Of a stretch of DNA of 64,000 nt, positions 16,729-27,039 are shown one piece after another. The notes below the pieces were generated by a model. It was not told the DNA's origin. It did no database searches and saw only the letters and a program-made list of their open reading frames with translations. Origin of the DNA: Dehalococcoidia bacterium (GTDB taxonomy: Bacteria; Chloroflexota; Dehalococcoidia; Lucifugimonadales; UBA1123); contig CBDFIE010000003.1 in NCBI GenBank assembly GCA_965248005.1, forward strand, positions 1,494,498 to 1,558,497. Direction: 5' to 3'. How positions within the stretch are numbered: the first letter of the stretch is position 1; each line of letters opens with the position of its first letter. Made by a program: the position numbers and the translations under genes.

Positions 16729-19719
16729 ATGCCGCTGGAGAACATCGTCGTCCAGGGCGCGCGCGAGCACAATCTCAAGAACATCGCGGTGACCATCCCC
16801 CGTAACCAGCTAGTGGTCATCACCGGGGTGTCAGGTTCCGGCAAGAGCTCCCTGGCGTTCGACACGATCTACGCCGAGGGGCAGCGCCGTTACGTCGAGT
16901 CCCTGTCGGCCTACGCCCGCCAGTTCCTGGGCAGGATGGACAAGCCCGACGTGGACTACATCGAGGGCCTGTCGCCGGCCATCTCGATCGACCAGAAGGG
17001 CGTATCCCACAACCCTCGCTCCACGGTCGGTACCGTCACCGAGATATACGACTACCTCAGGCTGCTCTATGCCAGAGTGGGCCGGCCTCACTGCTACAAG
17101 TGCGGTCGTCCGGTCGAGCGCCAGACCGTGCAACAGATCGTGGACGCCGTGATGGCCCTGGCCGAAGGCAGCCGTATCCAGATCATGGCCCCTATGGTGC
17201 GCCGCCGTAAGGGCGAGCACAAAGAGGTCTTCGAGCAGGCCCGCTCGGCGGGGTTCGTACGGGTCCGCGTCAACGGCGAGACCCACGACCTTAGCGAGCA
17301 GTTCGACCTGGACAAGCAGAAGTGGCACACGATCGAGGTGGTGGTCGACCGGCTGGTCACCGGCGAGAGCGCCGACGCCACCCGTGTCGCGGACTCCGTC
17401 GAGGCCGCTTTGAGGATGGCGGAGGGCACCGTACTGGTCGATGTGGCCGGAGGAGACGAGTTGGTCTTTTCGGAGCAGTTCGCCTGCGTTCACTGCAACA
17501 TCAGCCTGGGCGAATTGGAGCCCCGCACCTTCAGCTTCAACAACCCGCACGGCGCCTGCCCTACATGCACCGGCCTCGGCTATAAGCTGGAGGTCGACCC
17601 CGAGCTGGTCATCCCGGACCCCGACAAGAGCATCTTCCAGGGAGGCGTGCTGGCCTGGTCCAGAAGCGGGTTCACGTCGCCCTGGTACAACAGCCAGCTT
17701 GAGTCCCTGGCCCGGGCCTACGACTTCTCAACGGAAGTGCCGATCAAGAAGCTGCCCAAGCGCAAACTCGACGTCCTGCTCTACGGCACCAAGGGCAAGC
17801 GCATCCGGGTTCGCCACCTCACCAAGCGCGGCAAGACCTATCAGTGGGAAACCCGCTTCGAGGGCGTGGTCAACAACCTTCAGCGCCGCTACCGGGACAC
17901 CCAGTCCGACTACATCCGCAAGGAGATCGAGCGGTACATGTCGGCGAGGCCTTGCGCGACGTGCGAAGCCCGCAGGCTCAGGCCCGAGGCGCTGGCCGTC
18001 ACCGTGGGCGGCATTAACGTCATGGACATGACCGACAAGTCGATCACCGCGGCGCTGGAGTGGGTCAAAGCGATCGAGGGTCAGGGGCCGTCGTCCAACG
18101 GCGTTTCGCCCGACAACGTCCTGACCGAGCGGGAGCGGGCCATCGCGTCCCAGATACTCAAGGAGATCGAGGCGCGGCTCCGGTTCCTGCTGAATATCGG
18201 CCTCGACTACCTGACGCTGTCGCGCACCGCCGCCACGCTGAGCGGCGGCGAGGCCCAGCGGATACGGCTGGCCACCCAGATCGGGTCGGGCCTGATGGGC
18301 GTCCTGTACGTCTGCGACGAGCCGTCGATCGGGCTGCACCCGGCGGACGACTACCGGCTGATCGAGACCCTCAAAGGGCTGCGCGACCTGGGCAACACCG
18401 TGATTATCGTGGAGCACGACGAGGCGATCATGCGGGCCGCGGACCACATCGTGGACCTGGGCCCGGGCGCCGGCGAGAACGGGGGCAGCGTGGTCGCCAC
18501 CGGTACCGTCGACGCCATCGTCGCGGCCGAAGACTCGCTGACGGGCCAGTACCTGGGCGGCCACCGCGAAATCCCGGTGCCAGAGAGCCGGAGACCCAGC
18601 AACGGCAGATTCATCACGATCAAGGGCGCCCGCGCCAATAACCTGAAAGACGTCGATGTGCCCATACCCCTGGGCCAGCTAGTCTGCATCACCGGTGTCT
18701 CGGGCTCGGGCAAGAGCACGCTGATCTACGAGGTGCTGTACAAGAAGCTGGCGCAGACGCTTTACCGGGCGCGGGACCGCGCGGGCGATAGCGACGGCGT
18801 CGAGGGAATCGACAACATCGACAAGGTCGTCAACATCGACCAGTCCCCCATCGGGCGCACGCCCCGAAGCAACCCGGCCACCTACACCGGCACCTTCACG
18901 CCTATACGGGAGTTGTTCGCCACGGTCCCCGAGGCCCGGACCCGCGGCTACAAGCCGGGGCGATTCTCCTTCAACGTCAAGGGCGGCCGATGCGAGGCCT
19001 GCACCGGCGACGGCTACATCAACATCGAGATGCAGTTCCTGCCCGACGTTACCGTGCCCTGCGAGGTGTGCGGGGGTAAACGTTACAGCCGCGAGGCGCT
19101 GGAGATCGAGTTCAAAGGCAAGAACATCGCAGAAGTGCTGGACATGACGGTGACCGAGGCGTTGGAGTTCTTCGAGAACATCCCGCGGCTTCGACGAAAG
19201 CTCCAGACGGTGCACGACGTGGGCCTGGGCTACATCCGGCTGGGGCAGCCCGCCACCCACCTGAGCGGGGGCGAAGCCCAGCGGGTCAAGCTGTCCACCG
19301 AGCTGTCCAAACGGGCGACCGGGCAGACGCTCTACATCCTGGACGAGCCGACCACCGGATTGTCATTCGAGGACTGCTCCCACCTGATGCGGGTGCTCCA
19401 CCGGCTGGTGGACTCCGGCAACAGTGTGGTGCTGATAGAGCACCATCTGGACCTGATCAAGTGCGCCGACTGGGTGATCGACCTTGGTCCCGGCGCCGGA
19501 GACCAGGGCGGCGAGGTCATCGCAGAGGGCACCCCGGAGGCGCTAACCCGGATCGCCGCGTCCACGACGGGCCAGTATCTGCAGCGGTTCCTGCCGAACG
19601 GCGCTTCACCGGCGAAGAGGCCGAGGGCCGCGCGTGCCAAGAAGGCCAGAGCTAAGCCGGTCAAGAAAGCGAAGCCCGTGCCGTCCCACGCCGCTAAACC
19701 GGTTCGAGCGGCGGACTGA
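16729..19719 (+). CDS. uvrA: excinuclease ABC subunit A
   Basis: [19 protein letters not shown] start typical of UvrA, two ABC modules ([26 protein letters not shown] twice) and zinc-finger Cys pairs. The track ORF start at 16132 merely reads through the upstream repeat array. Confidence 0.95.
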   Translation: MPLENIVVQGAREHNLKNIAVTIPRNQLVVITGVSGSGKSSLAFDTIYAEGQRRYVESLSAYARQFLGRMDKPDVDYIEGLSPAISIDQKGVSHNPRSTVGTVTEIYDYLRLLYARVGRPHCYKCGRPVERQTVQQIVDAVMALAEGSRIQIMAPMVRRRKGEHKEVFEQARSAGFVRVRVNGETHDLSEQFDLDKQKWHTIEVVVDRLVTGESADATRVADSVEAALRMAEGTVLVDVAGGDELVFSEQFACVHCNISLGELEPRTFSFNNPHGACPTCTGLGYKLEVDPELVIPDPDKSIFQGGVLAWSRSGFTSPWYNSQLESLARAYDFSTEVPIKKLPKRKLDVLLYGTKGKRIRVRHLTKRGKTYQWETRFEGVVNNLQRRYRDTQSDYIRKEIERYMSARPCATCEARRLRPEALAVTVGGINVMDMTDKSITAALEWVKAIEGQGPSSNGVSPDNVLTERERAIASQILKEIEARLRFLLNIGLDYLTLSRTAATLSGGEAQRIRLATQIGSGLMGVLYVCDEPSIGLHPADDYRLIETLKGLRDLGNTVIIVEHDEAIMRAADHIVDLGPGAGENGGSVVATGTVDAIVAAEDSLTGQYLGGHREIPVPESRRPSNGRFITIKGARANNLKDVDVPIPLGQLVCITGVSGSGKSTLIYEVLYKKLAQTLYRARDRAGDSDGVEGIDNIDKVVNIDQSPIGRTPRSNPATYTGTFTPIRELFATVPEARTRGYKPGRFSFNVKGGRCEACTGDGYINIEMQFLPDVTVPCEVCGGKRYSREALEIEFKGKNIAEVLDMTVTEALEFFENIPRLRRKLQTVHDVGLGYIRLGQPATHLSGGEAQRVKLSTELSKRATGQTLYILDEPTTGLSFEDCSHLMRVLHRLVDSGNSVVLIEHHLDLIKCADWVIDLGPGAGDQGGEVIAEGTPEALTRIAASTTGQYLQRFLPNGASPAKRPRAARAKKARAKPVKKAKPVPSHAAKPVRAAD

Positions 19720-19727
19720 GCCAGCCC

Positions 19728-20196
19728 GTGTCGCCAATCCGCGTATACCCAGACACGTCTGTGTTTGGAGGCGTATTCGATCCCGAATTCGAGTCCGCCA
19801 GTCGGACTTTCTTCGATCAGGTTCGGAGCGGGAGGTTCCAGCTTGTAACTTCCGCTCTGGTGCAATACGAGATTTCGCGCGCGCCAGATCAAGTCCAGGA
19901 CCTGTTCCATAATATGCTAGGGATCGCACAAATTGCTGACCTCACGGAGGTTGCGTATCGCTTGCAGGACGCCTATATCAGCGCAGGGATTGTCACGGGT
20001 AGCCAATCTGAAGACGCTCTTCACGTAGCAATAGCTGTCAGCGTCCAACTGCGGTCTAGTCGTCAGTTGGAATTTCAGGCACATCGTCCACTTCCGAAAG
20101 ATACCCCTGTACAATGCAATCAATATTCTGGAGGGATTCAATCAGATAGGGATCTTCTCGCCCCTCGAGGTACTCAGTTATGAAGAAGAAATTTGA
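19728..20196 (+). pseudogene. PIN-domain (VapC-like) toxin gene with a 1-nt frameshift near 20040
   Basis: Frame 0 gives MSPIRVYPDTSVFGGVFDPEFE...EDALHVAIAV. The conserved C-terminus ASNCGLVVSWNFRHIVHFRKIPLYNAINILEGF continues in the +1 frame from 20041 and ends at 20196. Confidence 0.7.
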
Positions 20197-20359
20197 TTGC
20201 GTAGAGATGATGCACGACGGGGCTAAGGCTCTTCGGACCCAGATTGGCCACCTCAGTCGGGGCGAGCAGCTAAGATTCTGGCGAACGCAAACAGAGGCTC
20301 TCCACACGACCCACGAGCAGGCTCGATCAGCGGCGTCCACCGATACGGATTCTGCCTAG
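20180..20359 (+). CDS. small ORF (59 aa), candidate partner of the PIN gene; not in the ORF track (below 60 aa)
   Basis: ATG at 20180 with GAGG 9 nt upstream. It overlaps the corrected PIN stop by 17 nt. The product is MKKKFDCVEMMHDGAKALRTQIGHLSRGEQLRFWRTQTEALHTTHEQARSAASTDTDSA. Confidence 0.45.
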   Translation: MKKKFDCVEMMHDGAKALRTQIGHLSRGEQLRFWRTQTEALHTTHEQARSAASTDTDSA

Positions 20360-20542
20360 AGTCCATCAGCAGTCCCGGCCGGAACCTGCCAAGGATGGTG
20401 ACCGGGATCTCGACCTCGTCGTGAGTGCCCCCCTTCCCCCTCTGAGACGCCTCAGGAGTGGGCCAAAGGCCGGTCCGCCCCGCCTTGACTAGGCGCGACC
20501 AGGTGATAACCTAACCCGCAGCACTCCCAGGAGGCTCCGACC

Positions 20543-21565
20543 ATGCGCGCCGCCGTGTACAAGGGCAACCAGCAGTTCGCCATCGAGGAGATGGCCGACC
20601 CCACTCCCGGCCCCGGACAGGTGGTGGTCAACGTGGCGTTCTGTGCCATTTGCGGGACCGACGTCCACGCCTTTCTGTACGACATCGCGCCCGCCGGCAC
20701 GGTGATGGGCCACGAGTACTCGGGCACGGTGTCCGCGATAGGCCCCGGCGTCACCGGGTTGGCCGTCGGCGATCGGGTGGTGGGTGGCGGAGGCGAGCCT
20801 CCTCCAGGCGGCCCCGCGACGGGAGCCCGGGGTGCGAGGTTCAACTACCGCACCGAGGGTTTCGCCGGTGGACGCGTCCTGGGCTATGCGGAGCGGGTGC
20901 TTATGGAAGAATGGCAGCCCATTCCCACGCCCGAAGGCGTCTCCGACCAGGAGGCGGCCATGTGCGAACCCTGCGCCGTGGCCGTCCACGCCGTTCGGCT
21001 GTCCCAGCTCAAGCTGGGAGACGCGGTAGCCGTCCTGGGAGCGGGGCCTATCGGGCTGCTATGCATGCAGGTGGCTCGCGCCGCCGGGGCCGGCAAGGTC
21101 ATCGTGTCCGAGCCGGCGCCTGCGCGGGCCGAGGCCGCCCGCAGACTAGGCGCCGACGCGTTGATCGACCCCACCGAGCTGGACGCCGCCGAGCGAATAG
21201 TGGAGTTAACGGACGGCCTGGGGCCGGACGTGGTGTTCGAGTGCGCGGCGTCGCGGAGCACCCTGGACCAGGCCCTCGACATGGCCAGGCGCGGCGGTCA
21301 GGTGGTGCTGGTGGCCATCGCCTGGGAGCCCACGGCAGTCCTGCCGCCGAACTGGATTGCCCGACAGGTGAGTCTCCAGAGTACCTTCGGAGCGGACCCC
21401 CAGGATTGGCGCATCGCCCTGGAGCTCATCCGCGCTGGAAAAGTCACAATGGAGCCTCTGGTGTCCGAGGCCAGCTTCCTGCCGTTGGCCGACATCCAGA
21501 CCGCCTTCGAGGCGCTGTGCGAGCCGTCGACACAGGTGCAGATGGTCGTTCAGCATGAGGGTTAG
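20543..21565 (+). CDS. zinc-dependent alcohol dehydrogenase family oxidoreductase (MDR)
   Basis: CAICGTDVH and GHEYSG zinc motifs and VLGAGPIGLL Rossmann motif. AGGAGG lies upstream of the ATG. Confidence 0.85.
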   Translation: MRAAVYKGNQQFAIEEMADPTPGPGQVVVNVAFCAICGTDVHAFLYDIAPAGTVMGHEYSGTVSAIGPGVTGLAVGDRVVGGGGEPPPGGPATGARGARFNYRTEGFAGGRVLGYAERVLMEEWQPIPTPEGVSDQEAAMCEPCAVAVHAVRLSQLKLGDAVAVLGAGPIGLLCMQVARAAGAGKVIVSEPAPARAEAARRLGADALIDPTELDAAERIVELTDGLGPDVVFECAASRSTLDQALDMARRGGQVVLVAIAWEPTAVLPPNWIARQVSLQSTFGADPQDWRIALELIRAGKVTMEPLVSEASFLPLADIQTAFEALCEPSTQVQMVVQHEG

Positions 21566-21696
21566 GTCAAACGCTCTAGCCCCGTACTGGTCCTGCCTTC
21601 GACACCGTATCAGTCACGACGTCGTGTGTATCGAGTGCTCTCCACGGCGAATTGGCGAGCGTGAATAGGCAAGGCGGAAGGAAATACGACAAACTC

Positions 21697-22467
21697 ATGG
21701 AGACACTGGGATTCAGCACCAACCCCTTTGGCGGAGTTAATCTCGACCCGCTCGGCCTGCCGGAGGACCCACGGCGATTCAGGACTCAGCTCGCCCACTC
21801 GATCGACCAGTGGACGGCCGACGGATACAAGGTGGCCTGGGCCGAGCTTCCGATTACGAAGGCCGACTTGATACCGACGGCTGTCGAGGCCGGGTTCGAG
21901 TTCCACCACACGGGTGAGACCTACCTGATGATGACCCTCCGCCTCATCGAAGGAGCCTTCGTCCCGCCCTACGCGACGCACTACATCGGCGCCGGCGCGG
22001 TGGTGCTGAGCGACGCAAGGGAGCTGCTGGTGGTTTCCGAGCGATATCGCATGGGCGGCGGCCGCGGGCCCGGCTACAAGCTACCCGGAGGGGCGCTGCA
22101 GCCCGGCGAGCACCTGGTGGACGCCGTCGTTCGCGAGGTTTACGAGGAGACCGGGGTCCGAGTCAAGTTCGACTCGCTGGCCTGCTTCCGCCACTGGCAC
22201 GGCTACCGCTACGATAAGTCGGACATCTACTTCGTCTGCAGGCTATCGCCTCTGAGCCGCGATATCACGATGCAGGAGGAGGAGATCGCCGAGTGCCTCT
22301 GGATGCCCGTCGACCAGTTCCTCGACGACCCAGGAATCAGCCCGTTCAACAAGACGATCGTGAGGGCGGCGCTGGACAGCCCCGGCATCGAGCCCGCATT
22401 CGTCGACGGGTATGGCGACCCGGCGCGCTTCGAGTTCTTCATGCCCCGCGACGGCGCCAGACCCTAG
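21697..22467 (+). CDS. NUDIX hydrolase with an N-terminal accessory domain
   Basis: Nudix box GGALQPGEHLVDAVVREVYEETGV. Start taken at METLGF; the track ORF starts at TTG 21652. Confidence 0.8.
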   Translation: METLGFSTNPFGGVNLDPLGLPEDPRRFRTQLAHSIDQWTADGYKVAWAELPITKADLIPTAVEAGFEFHHTGETYLMMTLRLIEGAFVPPYATHYIGAGAVVLSDARELLVVSERYRMGGGRGPGYKLPGGALQPGEHLVDAVVREVYEETGVRVKFDSLACFRHWHGYRYDKSDIYFVCRLSPLSRDITMQEEEIAECLWMPVDQFLDDPGISPFNKTIVRAALDSPGIEPAFVDGYGDPARFEFFMPRDGARP

Positions 22468-22847
22468 TCCGCCTTCCCGGAACCGCCCCGTACCTGGACA
22501 CCAGGCTCAGCTTCCGCAAAATACACTCCAGAACTGCGGGACCACTACCGCGAGATGGGCGTGACTGTCTTCTTGGAGCGGCCTCGGGATTAACAAATCG
22601 ACACGACCGGAGACGTCACAGTTCTGGGCACTCTGGGCGCTCTCGTCCGGCCGTCGCCCAATCCATTACCCTGGCCCCACCGGCACTATTCTCGGAAATG
22701 CAGCTCCCTGGGGGCAGCATCGACGAGAAAACCGGCAATATGCCGTCAGATCGCCGATTTTGTTAATAAAACGTTCACGTTCCATTAACGCACGAGCCGC
22801 GCCATTGGTGTAGAGTATTCAGGATTTTTCACAGGAGTTTCAGGCCG

Positions 22848-23051
22848 ATGAGCCAGGTAGTGGCCGCCCCAAAAGTGTTCAGCGAGTACGATGTACTCTT
22901 CAAGTCCTGCTCCCGCTGTGGCGGGGACCGCCAGGTCCGCCGCGACTTCGAGGGCTTCTACGTAGGATGTCTGGCCTGCGGGCACGTGACATATCCCGAC
23001 GTACAGACCGGGGAAGTCGCCCGCCTGCTTGCCTGGAAGCGCGCCTCCTAG
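22848..23051 (+). CDS. small zinc-ribbon protein (67 aa)
   Basis: CSRCGG ... CLACGH gives two CxxC pairs. AGGAG lies 10 nt upstream of the ATG. Confidence 0.45.
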   Translation: MSQVVAAPKVFSEYDVLFKSCSRCGGDRQVRRDFEGFYVGCLACGHVTYPDVQTGEVARLLAWKRAS

Positions 23052-23256
23052 CCTAACCGCGTCCCGACTCGCTTGTTACCGACCGCATTACTCGCCCTGG
23101 CCCTGTTTAGCCTCAGAAGGCGTCTGTCGCGTTCAAGCCTTCCTAACCGTCACCGTGCGATTGCGGCACGGTGGCGCGCGGCCGAGGGCCCGGCACAATA
23201 GTCAGGCTTTCGCACCTGATTCTCGGGGATGGGCGTCTCCGCAAGCCCGGCGGTCG

Positions 23257-23760
23257 CTAGTCGATCCGCATGTGGTCGCCTTCGAAGGCGATGGACCGGC
23301 CGCCAAAGCTGACTCGGGCGCTGCCGAAGTGCCGGATCTCCGTGCGCAGCTCATTCAGGCGGCTGTCTACCTCGGAGTCGAACTGGTGCGGCCCCGCGCC
23401 TCGCACGACCTGCCCCCATAGCCCGAGTTGTGTTGTGTCCTCCAGTAGCTTCGCGAACCGATCCATGAAAAGCTCGAAGGCCCGGGCCGACAGGTCCGGC
23501 ATCGGAGCTGAGTCGCCGGACTCGGCGAAGGAGATACTCAGCCTGAGCCTGGCGTCGGCGACATCCGCCGACATCAGCAGCAGTGGCGAGGGCCGCTGCT
23601 CGAACAGGGGCTGGAACTCTTCTGCTCCGCGGGCCACCTCGCGGACCGCCGTCTGTAGGACGCGGAGGAGCCTCGACAACTGGGAGACGGACAGACCGCG
23701 GGAGGCCAGCTCGATTACGAGCGGGCCGGAGCTGGCGCGGGACGCGTCTTCAGTGCTCAT
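23257..23760 (-). CDS. hypothetical protein (167 aa), apparently co-transcribed with selB
   Basis: It starts 27 nt after the selB stop on the same strand. I recognise no motif. Confidence 0.55.
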   Translation of the reverse strand: MSTEDASRASSGPLVIELASRGLSVSQLSRLLRVLQTAVREVARGAEEFQPLFEQRPSPLLLMSADVADARLRLSISFAESGDSAPMPDLSARAFELFMDRFAKLLEDTTQLGLWGQVVRGAGPHQFDSEVDSRLNELRTEIRHFGSARVSFGGRSIAFEGDHMRID

Positions 23761-23787
23761 GCTGGTCCCCGCGCGGCCATGCGCCGG

Positions 23788-25650
23788 CTATCTCAGCACG
23801 CGGGCGTCGCCGACCCGGCGGGTGACGCGCTGGTGGTCCAGATAGTCCATCAGGGCCAGGGAGTACTTGCGGCTGGTGCCGAACAGGTCCCTGACGTCGG
23901 CCACTGTGATCTCTCCGTGCTCCCTGATGTGCGACGAGATACTATCGACCATCTGCCGATAGGCGTCGGCGGAGAAGACCACGGTCTCGCTAACTTTGAC
24001 GACCTGCCCCTCTTCGTCCAGCAGGCTCAGCACCTCGGCGTCGATGGGCCCGTCAGTAGGGGGCGAGAACGGGTCGGAGTCCAGAAGTTTCAGGTACGCG
24101 TCGACGCTCTTCTTCTGGTCGTCGGACAGGGCCGGCCTGTGGGAGGGGAGCCGCACCACGCTACCGTGTTCCTCGGAGACGCCGCTATCGCCCAGCATAG
24201 GCAAGGCGTCGTTGAAGACCTGGGGAGGCAGGCTTAACCGAGAACGCAGCTCCTCTTTGGGCGCGCCCTGACGGAGCGGGAACTGGCGGTGGTACGAGGA
24301 GAGGGCCTTGCGAGTCTTCTCCGACAGCGCTGCCCATCCTCCGGCCGTGTAGAAGCGGGCGCCGGGGCCGATCTTACGACCGCCCAGCGCAAACACCAGC
24401 CGCTCGGTCGCCATGGCGGAAAGCTCCGCCGCCGCCACGCTGGGGCTGAGGTTGGCCCGGTTGACCACGTCGCTGAACTCGCCGGGCTCGGCCACCTCGA
24501 TGGTCTTGACCAGCACCTCGCGGTCCGACCCCCTCTCCATGACCTCCAGCCGCTCGATGGTGGCGGGGTGGTTGCGACGCGGGCGGCGGGCGTGGGTGTC
24601 GACGATGTTGCCGCCGCCCAGGGTGGTCAAGTTGGACCGGATGACGAAGTAGTCGCCCTTGGCGATGGCCAGCGGCGACTCCAGCTTTAGCTGCGCCCAG
24701 GTAGTCTCCCCCGGCTCGGCCCGGTCGCCTTCCAACAGCCGTAACCTGGCGATGACCTCGCTGGAGCCGGTGTGAACGGTCACGAACATGTTGTGCCGCA
24801 GTGGGTGTGGAGCGTCCGGGATGACCCGAAGGTGGACGTCAAAGGCCGCGGTAGGCCTCAGCCAACCGGGGGTCGTCAGCACCTCGCCCCGGGATATCTC
24901 GTCGTGGGGCACGCCGATCAGATTGGCGGCCACGCGCGTGCCCGGCTCGGCACGGTCCTCCTTCTGTCGGTGGGTCTGCAGACCGCGTATACGAGTGCGG
25001 CGGCCGGAGACGGCCAGCTCCACCTCCTGACCGACCTCCAGCGTGCCGTCGATCAGGGTGCCCGTAACGACTGTGCCGAAACCGGTGATGGTGAAGGACC
25101 GGTCGATCGGTAGACGGGGCCGGCCCAGGTCCTTCTTCGGAGAGGCCTCGCCCAGCAGGTCCTCGATGGCGCCCACTAGCTCGGGCAGCCCGTCGCCGGT
25201 GGCCCCGGAGACCGGAACGATCGTGGAGCCTTCGAGCGCGGTGCCGTCCAGCGCCTCTACGATGTCCGACTCCACCAGCCCGAGCCACTCGTCTTCCACC
25301 AGGTCCCTCTTCGTGAGGGCCACCACGCCGCGGTCGATCTGGAGGAGGTCGAGGATGGCCAGGTGCTCGCGTGTCTGGGGCATCACGGACTCATCGGCGG
25401 CGACCACCAGCATCGCCAGGTCGATGCCGCCGACGCCGGCCAGCATGTTGTTGACGAAACGCTCATGGCCGGGTACATCGACGATGCTCACCTCGTTGCC
25501 ACCCGGCAGCTTGAGCCAGGCGAACCCCAGGTCGATGGTCATTCCCCGTTCCTTCTCCTCTCGGAGCCGGTCAGGGTCGATACCCGTCAGCGCCTGGACC
25601 AGGGTGGACTTGCCGTGGTCAACGTGGCCAGCTGTGCCGACTACGAACAT
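23788..25650 (-). CDS. selB: selenocysteine-specific translation elongation factor
   Basis: GTPase motifs GHVDHGKST, DVPGH and TKRD, EF-Tu-like domains II/III, and a long C-terminal winged-helix extension ending ...YSLALMDYLDHQRVTRRVGD. Confidence 0.93.
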   Translation of the reverse strand: MFVVGTAGHVDHGKSTLVQALTGIDPDRLREEKERGMTIDLGFAWLKLPGGNEVSIVDVPGHERFVNNMLAGVGGIDLAMLVVAADESVMPQTREHLAILDLLQIDRGVVALTKRDLVEDEWLGLVESDIVEALDGTALEGSTIVPVSGATGDGLPELVGAIEDLLGEASPKKDLGRPRLPIDRSFTITGFGTVVTGTLIDGTLEVGQEVELAVSGRRTRIRGLQTHRQKEDRAEPGTRVAANLIGVPHDEISRGEVLTTPGWLRPTAAFDVHLRVIPDAPHPLRHNMFVTVHTGSSEVIARLRLLEGDRAEPGETTWAQLKLESPLAIAKGDYFVIRSNLTTLGGGNIVDTHARRPRRNHPATIERLEVMERGSDREVLVKTIEVAEPGEFSDVVNRANLSPSVAAAELSAMATERLVFALGGRKIGPGARFYTAGGWAALSEKTRKALSSYHRQFPLRQGAPKEELRSRLSLPPQVFNDALPMLGDSGVSEEHGSVVRLPSHRPALSDDQKKSVDAYLKLLDSDPFSPPTDGPIDAEVLSLLDEEGQVVKVSETVVFSADAYRQMVDSISSHIREHGEITVADVRDLFGTSRKYSLALMDYLDHQRVTRRVGDARVLR

Positions 25651-25841
25651 GGGGCTACACCGTGTCCTGGAGGTTAGTGGGACTTAGAGTACCATAGGCC
25701 GAAATCAGCATCAAAGAACGGCTTCGCGGCGCGTGGCGGGCAACGAACGTTGACGCCCACCCGCGCCTCGAATACACTTTGGCCCGCCGAGGAGGGAATT
25801 CGGCTCGACCGGGCCAGAGGGCCATTTCAGGAGGCAACGTA

Positions 25842-26876
25842 ATGTTCGACAGGATCGCGGTGCTGGGAGTCGGCGCCATCGGCGGGGTTATCGGCGGCTA
25901 CCTGACCAGGGCGGGCCACGACGTGACGCTCATCGATCCCTGGGGCGCCCACATCGAGGCCATCCGGAGCCAGGGACTCAAAATCACCGCCCAGGACGAG
26001 GAGTTCACTGTCGAAGCCCGAGCGGTGCACCTTGGCGAAGTGTCCAGCATCTCCGAGCCATTCGATACAGTCTTCCTGTGCGTGAAGTCCTACGACACCA
26101 TCTGGGCCACCCACTTCATCCTGCCCAATCTCACGCCCACTGGAGTCATCGTCTCGGCCCAAAACGGCATCAACGACGAGCGTATCGCGCCCATCGCAGG
26201 TCACAGTCGAACGCTGGGATGCGTGATAACCCTGGGCGCCGGGCTCTACGATGCCGCAAACCCGCTTCGGACCAGCTCCCCCGACCGGCTGGCGTTCACC
26301 GTCGGAGAGCTGAGCGGGGTGGCGACGCGGAGAGTGCAGGAGCTGGCCGATCTGCTGGGAATTATCGGCCCCACGAAGGTCACCACCAATCTGTGGGGGC
26401 ACCGCTGGGCCAAGCTGGCCACCAACTCCATGGCCAACCCCATGTGCGCCCTGACCGGGTTGAGCTCCGCCGGAGCCCGCGAGACCCCCGGCGTGGTGGA
26501 CGTCACGGTGAAGATCGGCGCCGAGGTGGTCCGCGTAGGCACAGCGCTGGGCGTGGAGGTCGAGCCGATAAACGGCGTGCCGTCGGAGATGTACGTGCGC
26601 GCCACCGAGGATGCCGAGGCGCTCGAAGAGCTGAAGACCGGGCTGGCCGAGGGCGCCGGACAGTTGGGTGCGGGCAAGCCCTCGATGCTCCAGGACGTGA
26701 TGAAGGGACGGCGCACGGAGATCGAGTACCTGAACGGCTACGTCGCCCAGCGAGGCAGGGCGGCGGGCGTGGCGACACCCGCCTGCGACGCGATCACGGA
26801 GCTACTAAGACGTGTAGAGCGTGGCGAGCTGACCCCCGACGTCTCCAACGTCGACTACATGAGCCGGTTCATCTAG
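25842..26876 (+). CDS. panE: 2-dehydropantoate 2-reductase (ketopantoate reductase family)
   Basis: IAVLGVGAIGG Rossmann start, and the SMLQD...GRRTEIEYLNG motif of the ApbA/PanE C-terminal domain. GGAGG lies upstream of the ATG at 25842. Confidence 0.8.
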   Translation: MFDRIAVLGVGAIGGVIGGYLTRAGHDVTLIDPWGAHIEAIRSQGLKITAQDEEFTVEARAVHLGEVSSISEPFDTVFLCVKSYDTIWATHFILPNLTPTGVIVSAQNGINDERIAPIAGHSRTLGCVITLGAGLYDAANPLRTSSPDRLAFTVGELSGVATRRVQELADLLGIIGPTKVTTNLWGHRWAKLATNSMANPMCALTGLSSAGARETPGVVDVTVKIGAEVVRVGTALGVEVEPINGVPSEMYVRATEDAEALEELKTGLAEGAGQLGAGKPSMLQDVMKGRRTEIEYLNGYVAQRGRAAGVATPACDAITELLRRVERGELTPDVSNVDYMSRFI

Positions 26877-26913
26877 CCGACCAGTTCGTTCAACACGGGC
26901 GACAGGGTCCTGG

Positions 26914-27039
26914 CTATGACTCCTGCGCCTCACGAAGGAGCTCACTCCGGGTGCGCCCCTCCCGGCGCATGATCTCTTCGACCGTATCAGCCATTTCTGG
27001 AGGCAGGGAGAAGGTAATGGTCTTGGTAGTCCTTCCCAT
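26914..27039 (-). CDS. mini ribbon-helix-helix (CopG/antitoxin-like) protein, 41 aa; not in the ORF track
   Basis: MGRTTKTITFSLPPEMADTVEEIMRREGRTRSELLREAQES, i.e. a beta-strand followed by the two helices of an RHH fold. AAGGAG lies upstream of the ATG. Confidence 0.45.
   Translation of the reverse strand: MGRTTKTITFSLPPEMADTVEEIMRREGRTRSELLREAQES

Noticed and set aside
20056-20340. A minus-strand 94-aa ORF opposite the PIN C-terminus and the small partner ORF.
   Set aside because: The plus strand carries the conserved PIN C-terminal motif (SWNFRHIV) and an SD-preceded small ORF. The antisense ORF has no ribosome-binding site or recognisable features.
23052-23256. A possible tRNA-Sec (selC) near selB, prompted by gcgttcaagcc, which contains TCA in a loop-like context.
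   Set aside because: The flanking bases cannot form an anticodon stem. There is no long variable arm, T-loop or acceptor stem on either strand. The 25651-25841 gap was likewise negative.
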